A stretch of 64,000 nt of DNA, from NCBI GenBank assembly GCA_977017645.1, contig OZ360242.1, forward strand, positions 49,290,001 to 49,354,000, given 5' to 3'. Below the pieces are notes generated by a model. That model saw nothing but the letters and a program-made list of their open reading frames with translations, was not told the DNA's origin and searched no databases. Shown in pieces: positions 48,093 to 59,467 of this stretch; the stretch's first letter is position 1; each line of letters starts with the position of its first letter. The position numbers and the translations under genes are program-made. The DNA comes from Torpedo marmorata (lineage: Eukaryota).

Positions 48093-49665
48093 TAGAACAT
48101 AGCATATTACAGCACTGTACAGGCCTTACAACCCATGATGTTGTGCTGAACTACCGTATGTAAACTTACTTCATGACAATCTATTCCTTCCCTACCTCAC
48201 ACCCTTTGCCTCTATTTTTCTTAATTCCTTGAGCCCATCTAACAGTCTTTTAAATGTCCCTATTCTACCAGCCACCATCCCTGGCAATGGATTCCAGAGA
48301 ACCACCACTCTGTGTAAAAAAAGACTTACCTATGATGTCTCCCCTAAACTTTCCTCCACTCACCGAAAACAGATGTCATCTGATATTTGCTACTGTTGCC
48401 CCATAAAAAAGATGCTGGCTGTCCATCTTATCTATGCCTCTCATATTCTTATATACCTCTTAAGTCACCTCTCATCCTTTGTCACTCCAAAGAGAAAAGC
48501 CCCAATTTGGTCAACATTTAGCTTCACAAACGTGTTCTTCAATCCAGGCAACATCCTGGTTAAATCTCCTCTGGACCTTCTCTAAAGCTTCTACATACTT
48601 TCGGTAATGAAGCGACCAGAACAGAACACAATACTCCAAGTGTGGTCTAACCAGAGTTTTATACAGCCACTACATTACCTCACATCTCTTGAACTTAATC
48701 TCCTAACTAATTAAGGCCAGCACAACCATATGACTTCTTAACCACTCTATCACCTTGTGCAGCAACCTTGAGGGATCCATGGACTTGGACCCCAAGATCC
48801 CATTGTTCCTCCACACTGTTAAGAATCCTGCCATTCACCATGTACTCCTGCCTTCAACCTATCAAAGTGCATCACTTCACACTTATCCAGACTAAACTCC
48901 ATCTGCCACTTCTCTGCCCAACTCTGTAGTTATAACCTACAACAAACTTCTACACTATCCACAACACCTCCAACCTTAGTATCATCTGTAAACTTACTGA
49001 CCCACCCTTCCACTTCTTTGTCCAAGTCATTTACAAAAATCACAAAGAGCAGGGGTCTCAGAACATATCCTTGCGGAACATCACTAGTCAATGACCTTCA
49101 GGCAGAGTATGTTCCATCTATTACCACCCTCTGCTTTCTGTAGTCAAGCCAATTCCTAATCCAAGCAGCCAAGGTTCCATGGATTCCATACCTCATGACT
49201 TCCTGAATGAGTCTACCATGGGAGTCCTTGTCAAACACCTTACTAAAATCCATATACCATATCCACTGCCCTACCTTCAATTTCTTTTGTCACCTCCTTG
49301 AAAAACTTAATTACACTCGTGAGGCATGGCCTTCCCCTGACAAAGTCATGCTGACTATCCCCGAGAAGATGCTTATAAACCCTGTCCCCAAGAATCCTCT
49401 CAAATCATTTGTCCACCACTGACGTAAGACTCAGTGATCTATAATTCCCAGGATTCTCCCTATTACATTTCTTAAACAAGACTACGTTTGCTATTCTCTA
49501 ATCATCTGGTATCTCTCCTGTGGCCAAGGAGGACGCAAATATCATTGTCAATGCCCCAGCAATCTCTTCCCTAGCTTCCTGTAGTAACCTGGAGTATACT
49601 GTGTGCGGTCCTTAGGACTTCTCTATCAGAATGCTTTTAAGAAGATCCAGCACTTCCTCCTTCTA
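48093..49665 (-). mobile_element. CR1 LINE remnant (RT to 3' tail)
   Basis: ORF 49098-49280 (YMDFSKVFD..SHGRL...WIRNWL..RKQRVVIDG); gtaagtttacagatgatactaagg (K.(A)DDTK) on the minus strand; CR1 tail. Confidence 0.85.
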
Positions 49666-49989
49666 ATATCAGAGAACGTTACCCAGGAAATTGACAAATA
49701 TTTCAACAGCCAAATTCATGCAATAAAACATTAATTCAAACGCAAGTATGTTTCATATTCTGAATGCAGCCCAGATTATCTACAACCAATAAATTTCTAG
49801 TGGACTTAATTATAAAATAAATAACCGTTTAACTTGAAAGAAAATCTCCAATTTTGTATCGATATTGATCACATGTAGAACAGCTTATGCTCCTGTACTG
49901 TTACCTTTTCTCCAGAACTGCTATGGTTTCCACTGTTATGTCAAAATGATCAATATAAATATTTTGGTAAACCACAAAGCATTCCTGCC

Positions 49990-50330
49990 TATAGTGAGTT
50001 TGCATGTCCTCCCTGCGATCGTGTACCTGAAGGAGGACTCGGGCCCGAAATGTCGACTGGCTTTTGCTTTCCATGGATGCTGCACAAGCTGCTGAATTTC
50101 TCAAGCACTTTTGTGTACTGTGGTTTCTCTGGCTGCTCTGGTTTCTCCCACATCTCTATGCTGTTGGTAGGTTCATTGGCAGCCAGAAATTATTCCTAGG
50201 TTGGTGGGTGGTCAGAAAAACAGAGGAAGCCGATAGGCATGTGTGAGAGAATAAAATGCACAAATATAGGTGGGAGAATGGAATTGATGGGAGAGCATCA
50301 ATGGGTCAAATGGCCTCCAGTTATGTTATT
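49990..50330 (+). mobile_element. Old V-SINE fragment with nested Penelope pLTR (about 50020-50118)
   Basis: gagtttgcatgtcctccctg ... ggtttctctggctgctctggtttctcccaca flanks cctgaaggaggactcgggcccgaaatgtcga...tggatgctgc...gctgaatttctc. Confidence 0.65.
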
Positions 50331-51977
50331 AGGAAACAATCTTCCAAAGTCTAACCTCGGAACTGTTCCTGTGAGTGCAAAAGTATCTTAAATATAATCA
50401 GTTCAGGCACAAGAAAGAAACCAGAAAATTATAGTCCAAAATCCAGTGGTCAGGAAATGACTAGTCTATAATTAGGGAGAGAATGGCTGAACACTTTGAA
50501 AATGTTCAGCCAATCCAAGAAAGAGCTGGCGTGAATTTTCAAAGGGTGGATTGTTTCTGAATTGGATTGAATAATTTGCAGAATTGCCTGGAGAATTGTC
50601 AGAGTGGCTGATGGTAGAAAAAAAATTGGATGTGGTTTTCAATCGCTTCATCCAGTGGGAACTTGCTTGTTATCCCTGCATCTCCTGTCAGAGCTTGTCA
50701 ATTAAGAACTTTAGACAAGGACAGTACTTTTCAGTACTGGGTACTCTGCAAGTCTAAGCAGCCTAAGGTTCACAGTACAGACTCTGACATGAAAGAAAAA
50801 TTTAGATGAAATATTGAACTCTGTGATTTTGCAAACATACTCTACAGATTTCAAAATGCACCAATGTAAATCGAGATTTTAAAAAGTCCTTAAAATAATC
50901 AATTGCAGTTAGGTCTGGTCACACAGGAGTACAGAAAAAAAATTTTTTTGCATTACCCACCAATTAATTTTATTTACTGTTACCACTCCAGAGAATTATA
51001 AAATCTGGTAAAAGAGTATGGCAAGTAAAAACATATTAGGCCTAATCGTTTCATATGTGAAAGTTTCACTATCTGGAAATAAGAGAGAACCTACTTGCAA
51101 TAGTAGAACCAGAGTGTAAAGAGGAGTAAAGAAAGGAGTGGCAGAATTTCTAGTGTTCACATTTTTGACTTTATCTAACCCGGTGTCATTTTTCACAATT
51201 ATTGTTCCTTCCTAAACAGACTTATTGTCAAAAAAGCTAGAAGTAGCCAGAGCACAATACCATACCTCTCCTTTCCTTTCCCAATTATAGAGTATTATTC
51301 CTTTTACAGATATTATTGATCTTTACTTGAATGTAGAGATGAATCAGACTCTTCTGATACTTGTCTCTGGTCAGCTTGATTACTGTCTTCAGAAAATTCA
51401 TTAAAACCATGCCAGTGTGGTGCTATTTTCCATTTAATGACTAAATATACTTGGAGTACAGAAGATGACACAACTGGCGTTTGTTTTTAAATACTGTCTG
51501 CATTCATGTCCCACACTATTTAAAATGCCATGCTGTAAATATTAATAATTTAGAGTAGGATGTTCACAATTTCCCAGGATTTGAGAATAGTTGTTTAGTG
51601 GAAGGAAAATTGACCCTATCAATAATACTTTAAATCATTTTCACTCAAACAACTTCAAGTAATTTTGAAGTCAATTATGTGTCCTTATGGGATCTTTATC
51701 AAAATCACACTGCTCGCCTAGTACATTTTCCAAGGCTTCAATTCATTCATCCATGACAAATTACTCGAACATTCATTTTGCAAAGCTATTGAGAGCCTGT
51801 TCCATCCTTTAAGGACGGGGACATTAGAATAAAACCAGTATAATCATTTTTTTTATTTGCTAAACTGGGGTAAATGTCCAGATGAATATACCAATTGCTT
51901 GCAATGACACCACCAGAATTAATACAACCTTAAAATATTTATGCAATGATTATTTTCAAATTTTATCCTGAACTTAC

Positions 51978-52414
51978 CTGGTAAACTTGCACATAGTAGC
52001 TGCTTGGAATTTCCATGCTAACAACAATACTATGAACTCAGTAGGATCCACAGAAAGGTCATTGCAAAACCACTCCATGCCCTCCTCTAAAATGGCATCT
52101 TCATGTGCATCTTTATACCTGCTAAACAATTCTTCAGCTTTCTTTAGTGAGAATTCATCACGATGTGAAAAAGATTCTTCTTTTTTACTGTCTCCAGAGT
52201 GAGCAAGTTGGGGCTGGGTTGATTCCAAGACAACATCTGTTTTCTTTGTTCCATTCGCAAGTATATCACCAGAAGCCTTTGAATACATAGAGTTAAATTC
52301 TTCACCAGAGACAGGAGATTTCTTAACATGTGATTTGCTACCAGATTCTTTATCTCCTGTTTTACTACCCAGTGAGGAAGGAGGGTTTTTGCACTTGGTG
52401 ACGCACTGGCCCAT
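51978..52414 (-). CDS. DCUN1D3: DCUN1D3 first coding exon
   Basis: aacATGG Kozak context. MGQCVTKCKNPPSSLGSK N-terminus (myristoylation-type Gly2) ... DAILEEGME.FCNDL.VDPTEF.VLLLAWKFQAATMCKFT. Donor AG|gtaagt in phase 2 joins the next exon, giving 318 aa. Confidence 0.97.
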
Positions 52415-52507
52415 GTTTCTTAACTGCAGCTCTAAAGCAGTCCCCTTCCAGTCTTGGTCCCTCTCTGCTCCTGTCGCTCCATACACTTTAACTTGCCATT
52501 AGGATTA
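52415..52507 (-). promoter_or_regulatory. DCUN1D3: DCUN1D3 5' UTR part of the first coding exon, with two uORFs
   Basis: Acceptor ttttgttttgtttttaagcag|. uORF1 52499-52488 (MAS*); uORF2 52482-52432 (MERQEQRGTKTGRGLL*). Confidence 0.7.
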
Positions 52508-53109
52508 CTGCTTAAAAACAAAACAAAAATCAGAACATTTAATTGATAATTTCACCACTGAATCACAAGTATTTAATATTTCATGTATAATTTATATACT
52601 CAGAACAATTTTATGAGCAGGGGATATTAATAAAGGTATCACATGGTCACTATTAGAAGTATACAAAGGTGTAAATACTGGAATTTAGCTACAGATGCAG
52701 TCCAAGATTCCTTTAGTTTTTTTCTCAATCTTGTTTGAGAACACATTGTTCTCTTTTTCAGTTCCAAATAATAGGATTTTTTTTAAAATTGCTATTTTAC
52801 AAATAAAATCTCTCCCCTCTCAATAAGTTCTGTTTTCATCATAATGACAATGGAAGTTCTCACATCACCATGACAGAACTTGTGTTATATTTGAATAGAT
52901 CAAGCCAGATACCAAACTGGAGTGGAATCATGGATACCCAAGAGCATTTTCCTTATTCCAGGCCAGGTAAAGCTGACCAGCAACAAGCAAATGCTGCTCT
53001 CCACTACTTATAACACAACAAATTTAGACTACATCTTCCATGTTTGTAATCTTGCAATTGCCAGTTCTGCTGGTTTGAAATTCTCCAACTTCAAATTTTG
53101 ATCTTCAAA

Positions 53110-53380
53110 TGTTTAAATTTAGATTAAATTTTCAATTTTTAAAAAAATGTAGACATACAGCACGGTAACAGGACATTTCGGCCGACAAGCCCGTGCCACC
53201 CAATTGACCTACATACATTTTAGAACGGTGGGAGGAAACCGGAGCCCCCCCCAGGGAAAACCCACGCAGACACGGGGAGAACGTACAAACTCCTTACAGA
53301 CAGCGCGGGATTCAAACCCCGGTCCCGATTGCTGGCGCTGTAACAGCGTTGCGTTAACCGCTATGCCAACCGTGCCGCCC
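53110..53380 (-). mobile_element. tRNA-derived V-SINE-like element (CpG-rich, young)
   Basis: Reverse-strand SINE starting ggggcggcacggttggcatagcgg; AT-rich tail. Confidence 0.87.
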
Positions 53381-55379
53381 TAGGTCTAAGGATGCCAAAT
53401 TCGAACACAATTAAAATGGGTGTACTGTATTTCAAAAAACCCAAATGGTTTTAGAGTCATGGAATCAAGGGGACCATAAGATAGGTGCAACAGTTGTTAC
53501 TATGAAATGACAAGTCACTAATTATCGGAATTAGTTCCTGTGTACTCAAGCAGCATAAACAAAAAATGCTTTTGGAGAATCAAATATTGCAAAATGAAGT
53601 AGGCAATACTTGCCTTACTTAATAAACCTGCCAAGTGTTTCCAAAATTATTAACTACCCTTTTTAAATTGCATTATACTCAGTCTAAAATAGCCTGTTCC
53701 CTAGTTGGTTGCTCAACTCACTGAGCCCAAAAAATATATATTCACTCCAAATTCTTCTGCCACAGTATTATTGCTGATTTGGTTGGATCATTCTATTCAA
53801 TTAAAATTATCCATGATGACTGAGGTATCCTGGTTTAATGCAATTTCCTACATTACTATACTGTAGAAGTTGTACGGACAACACATCCCTTGTTGCTTAG
53901 CTCCACCCAGACCGATTCCACATCTTCGCTTTCTCACTGTTCATTCATTACTAAAAATGCCACACCATCTCCTTTTCCTTTGCCTGTCCTTAAATACTGA
54001 ATCTCCCTGTATTTTTAGCTCCCAGCATTGGACACTCTGAAACTATAATTTCTGTTGTGACAAACACATCATACAAATTTCCTTCTGTTTGGGCTATTCA
54101 TTTATCAACTATGTTATGAATACCTTGTGCATTAAGAAACAACACTTTTTAGATTTATCATTTGAGCTTTTTTTTTGGTAACTAATAGTTTCATTTTCTA
54201 CCACTGAGTGACCTATTTATCTTATTACTACTTTTTATTTTGCATTCAGACACTTCCCTTTTAGCTCCCCAAACTTTTCCTGTGCTGTGGTCTCACTGTC
54301 AGTTTGTTTAATTCCCCGCAGTCTCCACTCATCTACACAGGCAGCAAGAATCACAAAATCTGTTAGACAAGTGTCAGGACCCAGACTGCTGCAATAGCAT
54401 CTTTGGGATCTCATACCTGCCTCAGGATTCACAAGTAAATTCAAAACTAGTTAAGGAATGTCAGGGCTTAGTATTCACAAGGATGTACAATAATCACTTC
54501 TAGAAACATCGCTTCAAATCTGTGACAAGTGAATTAGCAGGGAGGTTAAGTAGACTTTTCCTTCATGTTTATTCTCTTACTACCTGCTGCAGGCCCACAT
54601 GCATTTATAAATTCATCAGCACTTGGCTGGTTTGAACAGTGGTGGATGCTACCAACACATTCTTGGCAATGGACACCAAGTGAATGCATTTAATCCACTT
54701 CTAAATGGAGTTCAAAGTGGAGAAAATATCCATTCATCATCTAACAAAGGGCAGTAGATGACAATAAGCTGGAAGTTTCATTGCCCTTGCATGACCAAGG
54801 GGCACATTATCTACCAAAATTACAACTACTGGTTAAATTGCTGTGAGAATCCTCCTGGTGTGTCTAGCCTGCTGGTAGGAGAGAACATTCTGGAAATGGC
54901 AATTGAGGAATCCAAGATATTTGCTGAAAGATATTATTCTGCAAATATAACAGTATAAATTGGTACGTCCCTAGTTGTTAGAGAGGCCGGAGGTGCTTTT
55001 GTTAATACTAGGTGGTAAATCTACCTATATATATTTTTAAATTTTGTTTTGCAGCAGTTTGATAAAAAAAAGGAGTTCTAAAAGTCCTTACCCCGACCCC
55101 CCCCCCCATAAGCTTACCATAAATGACTGAACAATCATCATGATCTCGATGGGAAGATATTACTGGTGGACCACGACATGTTCCCATCAAATCTTCCTGT
55201 CTCTCTTCAACTTCTATCACTCGCATTTTCCAGGTGTATAGTTCTCATCAGCATACATCAGCCTTGGTCCTCTGACATCTCATTCTCCTTTGAGCAGCAC
55301 ATCCAATTGCATGCCTTATCTCATTTAAAATCTATGTTTTCTGGCATTCACCCAAGAATGATAAAAATGCTCTTACCAA

Positions 55380-55560
55380 GATAACTTGGCTGCATTTTCA
55401 GATTTCAACATCCATCTAAATTCATCTTGTTCTTTCACCCTCAACATTCTGACAGTCCTATCCTCCATTAATCTCTCTTTCTGTGCAAATTCCCCAACCC
55501 ATAATCCATGTTTGTCAAGGCCTCACTATCCAATTGCCTTAATTGCAGGTAGATCGGTTT
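55380..55560 (+). mobile_element. Old LINE (L2-like) endonuclease fragment
   Basis: SDFNIHLN...LSSINLS...NSPTH resembles the APE GDFNIH...PTH motifs. Confidence 0.45.
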
Positions 55561-57659
55561 CACAGAGAGGATCAATGTAACTTCCATTGTGTTCCTAAAG
55601 CAGAATTGGACAGCTACAGCATCCTGATTTCTCTCAAAAAGATTTGGGATTGAGGAAGAGTATATGCCATTAAAAAAAATACAAAATGACATCAGCCTGA
55701 AGAGAAACACAAAACCACACTCATCAAGAATCTCCAATTATAATGCTATGGGCAAATGTTAGCACAGGCTACATTCAGTTATAAAATGCTGACTGAGAAT
55801 TAAAACTCATCAAAAGGCCTGATATCAAATAGTACAATGAATACTCTGTCTTTGACATTGTATTCTGAGTTGTAAGCCACAATCTTAGCAATGGTTCATC
55901 AAAATAAAATGGATGGGAGCTTCACAAAAGGAGCAGCTGATTACTTGATAAATTTATAAAACTAATTGTTCAGTACTCAATTACTAGAAGAAATGTTAAA
56001 ATTCCATTTAAATAGGGCCTGAACATTTTGGTTCCTACATAACCTATCCACCATGATTTCAGTTAATTTTACTGGCAGAGCAGAATATAGTAAATTCCTT
56101 CTTAAAATCACTTCATGGCAATTAGGATAAGAAATCACAAAATCCCACACTTCTACTTACAGAAATAGGTGCAGTAGTTATGGATGAACTCTGTAACGTA
56201 ATCGGTTTGTTGTACATACAAAGATATGGTGTCGGCACATCTAACACTGTAAAATAGAAGTGGGAATTATCTTCAGAAGAGAATAACATGTTAAAAAATT
56301 GTTGCATGTGGTAACAGCGCTGTAGTCTGCCTAAAAGAACATAATTGGGCAGCTCTTCTGTCCATCAAGTTGACAAGCGAAACTGATTTTATGCACATAA
56401 TTCATATCTCATTCAGTGCATTTATCTGAAGAAATTATTCAGGTTTTATTTGGACAGTTTCTGCAGTTTATTTCTCTACTTATTAAATAGACTTCTTGCT
56501 GAATAATTTTTTTAATATTTACTGAAGTAGACCAGCATATTGTAGACAATGCCTCTGGTCACTCAGTGACTGATGCAGTTTTGGCAATAATCTCCTTTGG
56601 AAAAAGTCCCCATCACTGCTCTCGTAATAATTCTCAGTTTTAATACACTGCTGCTGCATCTTCAGGATTTCTTGGACAAATACCAGCTTCACCTTGATCC
56701 TTTCTATTTACCTCTTCAATATTTATGATTGCTGTATTATTAATGGATAAAAAAACGTCGAGAATCAAGGAAATCTTTCTATATTTTTATTGTCTACTGC
56801 CAATCATTTAACATTATTTTCAATGACATCAGAAATGAACTAGCAGATTTCCTCTTCAACTTTACACAAGGTTCCAATAAATTGGCAAATGGCTAGAAAT
56901 TGGATAGCATAAGTTGTGTAATTTGATCTCAATGCAAATCATTTGCAAAGGAAAATCATTGACTGTGAGATCTACAAAGCTTGCAATTTTCCTTCTGAGT
57001 CCTCTATAGAATTAACAAATTAAAGCTGGGGAGCTGAGATGTGAACAGTGTTGTCCTACAAAGTGCATCGCAAACCTCATCTAGCATTTTAGATCACAAA
57101 TGTCCATTTGTGATTTACTTAAAGGAACTTGTCTTACCACGGCCCAGCTTGTGGAGGCTGAGCTGTTCACCATTACCTTGGGAAGTCTGCTTATAAATGT
57201 TGCCTAATCTCGAATCCTCTCTCTCCCCTGACCATATATCTGCTGCCTGTTCACTGCACAACTTTCAGCCTATTCCTTGCTCCAACAGCCTATTGTCTTC
57301 TCAAGCACTATCAAAAGTAAGCCTGAGCATGCCCTACCATGTTATTCTTGCAGAAGACCCTACTACCAATTCCCAGCAATTACCGGTAACCACTGCTCCA
57401 ACACTGAATTCATCCCCGGTGGAAGGACACTCACTCTGACAACACTATTGACTGGGCCTACAAGAGTGATGTCCCATTTGTTCCTTGCAACTTCACAAAT
57501 CCATCAACAAACTTGCCTGTGTTTTCTAGTATACTGTGGAGCAGGCCAAAGAAATGCCTTTGGTAGTTCAAGCCTATTCAGAAACACACAAGGCTTTGAA
57601 CTTTGTGAGCAACTGAATTTTGCAATGGTATGTATTTAATAAAAAATGTTGGCCTGCTA

Positions 57660-58276
57660 TGTAGACCCCGACTTACGACGGGGTTCGGTTCCGGGACTTC
57701 CATCAAAAGTCGAAAATATCCTAAGTCGAAAAATACTGCACTCTACCATTTTTTTGTAATTAAACGTTGAAAACCTTTACTCAAAAAACATTTACACTGA
57801 AAAAACCATTACTGTAATGTACACAATGACCGGACAGAGGACCCGCGGTCGGGAGCTCGGATGGGTGGGCGGCCGGTGCAAGGATGCGCGGGCGGCCTGG
57901 GCATCGGGAGATCGGATGCGCGGGCGGCCTGGGCGTCGGGAGATCGGATGCGCGGGCGGCCGGGGTGAGGACCCGCGGTCGGGAGCTCGGATGCGCGGGT
58001 GGCCATGGAGAGGACCCGCGGTCGGGAGCTCGGATGCACGGGCGGACTGGGCGTCGGGAGATCGGATGCGCGGGCAGTCGGGGAGAGGACGCTGAAAACC
58101 TTTATTCAAAACAGTGTATGCTGAACACAATCGCCAGCATCACGAGAGAGTTGCGTCACTGCGCCGCGTATCGCAAGTGCGGGGAAACATCGGAACTCGA
58201 AATAGAAAGTACGGATTCTGATCATCGTAACTTCGAAATATCATAAGTCAGAACATCATAAGTCGGGGTTTATCTG
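57660..58276. mobile_element. Tigger/pogo-type non-autonomous DNA transposon with internal GC-rich minisatellite
   Basis: Left tagaccccgacttacga; right tcataagtcggggtttatctg|ta. Repeated taagtc subterminal motifs as in Tigger-type ends. Confidence 0.75.
57837..58091. repeat. GC-rich composite minisatellite
   Basis: Alternating units gaggacccgcggtcgggagctcggatg(c)gcgggcggcc and gcgtcgggagatcggatgcgcgggcggcctgg, about 7 units. Confidence 0.9.
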
Positions 58277-58475
58277 TACTGCTTCAGGTTCAATGCCATG
58301 TACTTAAACGGATGAAAGTATTCATAAAGTTAAATTTAACATTTTATAAAAAAAAGCACCCTTCATCATACCAATACTATCTAGCTGCATTATTCAGGTG
58401 CTTAGATCGTTTTTTTTTTTTCCCCAGAGCCAGCAGCTCTAAACATCAATAGGATACTGCATGTTCTTTCTTGTC

Positions 58476-58792
58476 AAGAACACAAGAACATAAGAAAAAG
58501 GGGCAGGAGTAGGCCATCTGGCCCGTCAAGCCTGATCCGCCATTCAATAAGATCATGGTTGATCTGATGATAGGCTCATCTCCAGCTACCTGCCTTTTCC
58601 CCATATCCCGTAATTCCACTACTATGTAAAAATCTACCAATCTTGTCTTAAATATGTTTACTAAGGTAGTCTCCACTGCTTCAATGGGCAGAGAATTCCA
58701 AAGATTCAGCACTCTCTGGGAAAAGCAGTTCCTCCTCATCTCTGTCTCTGTCCTAAATCTACTACTGTGAATCTTGAGGCTATGTCCCCTAG
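58476..58792 (-). mobile_element. CR1 3' fragment
   Basis: ORF 58446-58739 (MRRNCFSQRVLNLWNSLP.EAVE...IFK.RL); tail aagaacataag repeats. Confidence 0.85.
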
Positions 58793-59467
58793 TAAATTTA
58801 GTATCAGATTCTTATTTTTGTCAAACTAGTGACACAAAGCAATTAAGAAACCATCTTTGGCATTGAAAGAGCCTGGTGAATTACAAAAGTTCATGTTCAC
58901 TCATGAATTTTCTGAATTGCAGCTACTTCTAGAGATGTAGGTCAGATGTCAAAGGGGGGGGGGGAGGTGGGGGAAAGGAGAGAAGAACCTTGCCATTATA
59001 ACAAGTCCACATACTTATGAAAAGTAGAACAGATATATTTGAAACCAAGCCTAATCATTGTCAAAAGGAAACACCAGCAATAATAAATCACCCAATTTAC
59101 AAAGTATAAATTTTCTTGTTGCCAATGCAATATACAGGATATCCCATCTTTTAATATACAGTATTCCTATTGAAAAAAATCAGTGTGGTGAAAATAAACT
59201 CAAGATAGGCAGTTTAAATTATTTGATGGTTGAATCCACTTACAAAGTAGAGCACAGAAAGACATCAACAGATTTATGTTATTTAGGGTACAGTGTCTTT
59301 CACTTCTTTGTATCTCACTATATCCTCTGAATTTTCTATTCCTTTCCTTCATTTTTTTTTTCCATTTCAAAAGTAAACTTTCCTTCAATACATCAATGAG
59401 CTCAGGGATCATTAACCAATGAACCAACCCTCAGATTCCACAAACTGAGACCTGCTCAGGCAAATCC

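Noticed and set aside
57792-58246. Overlapping Arg/Pro/Gly-rich ORFs; CRISPR-like appearance
   Set aside because: Translation of a tandem minisatellite. There are no unique spacers and no cas genes, and the context is eukaryotic.
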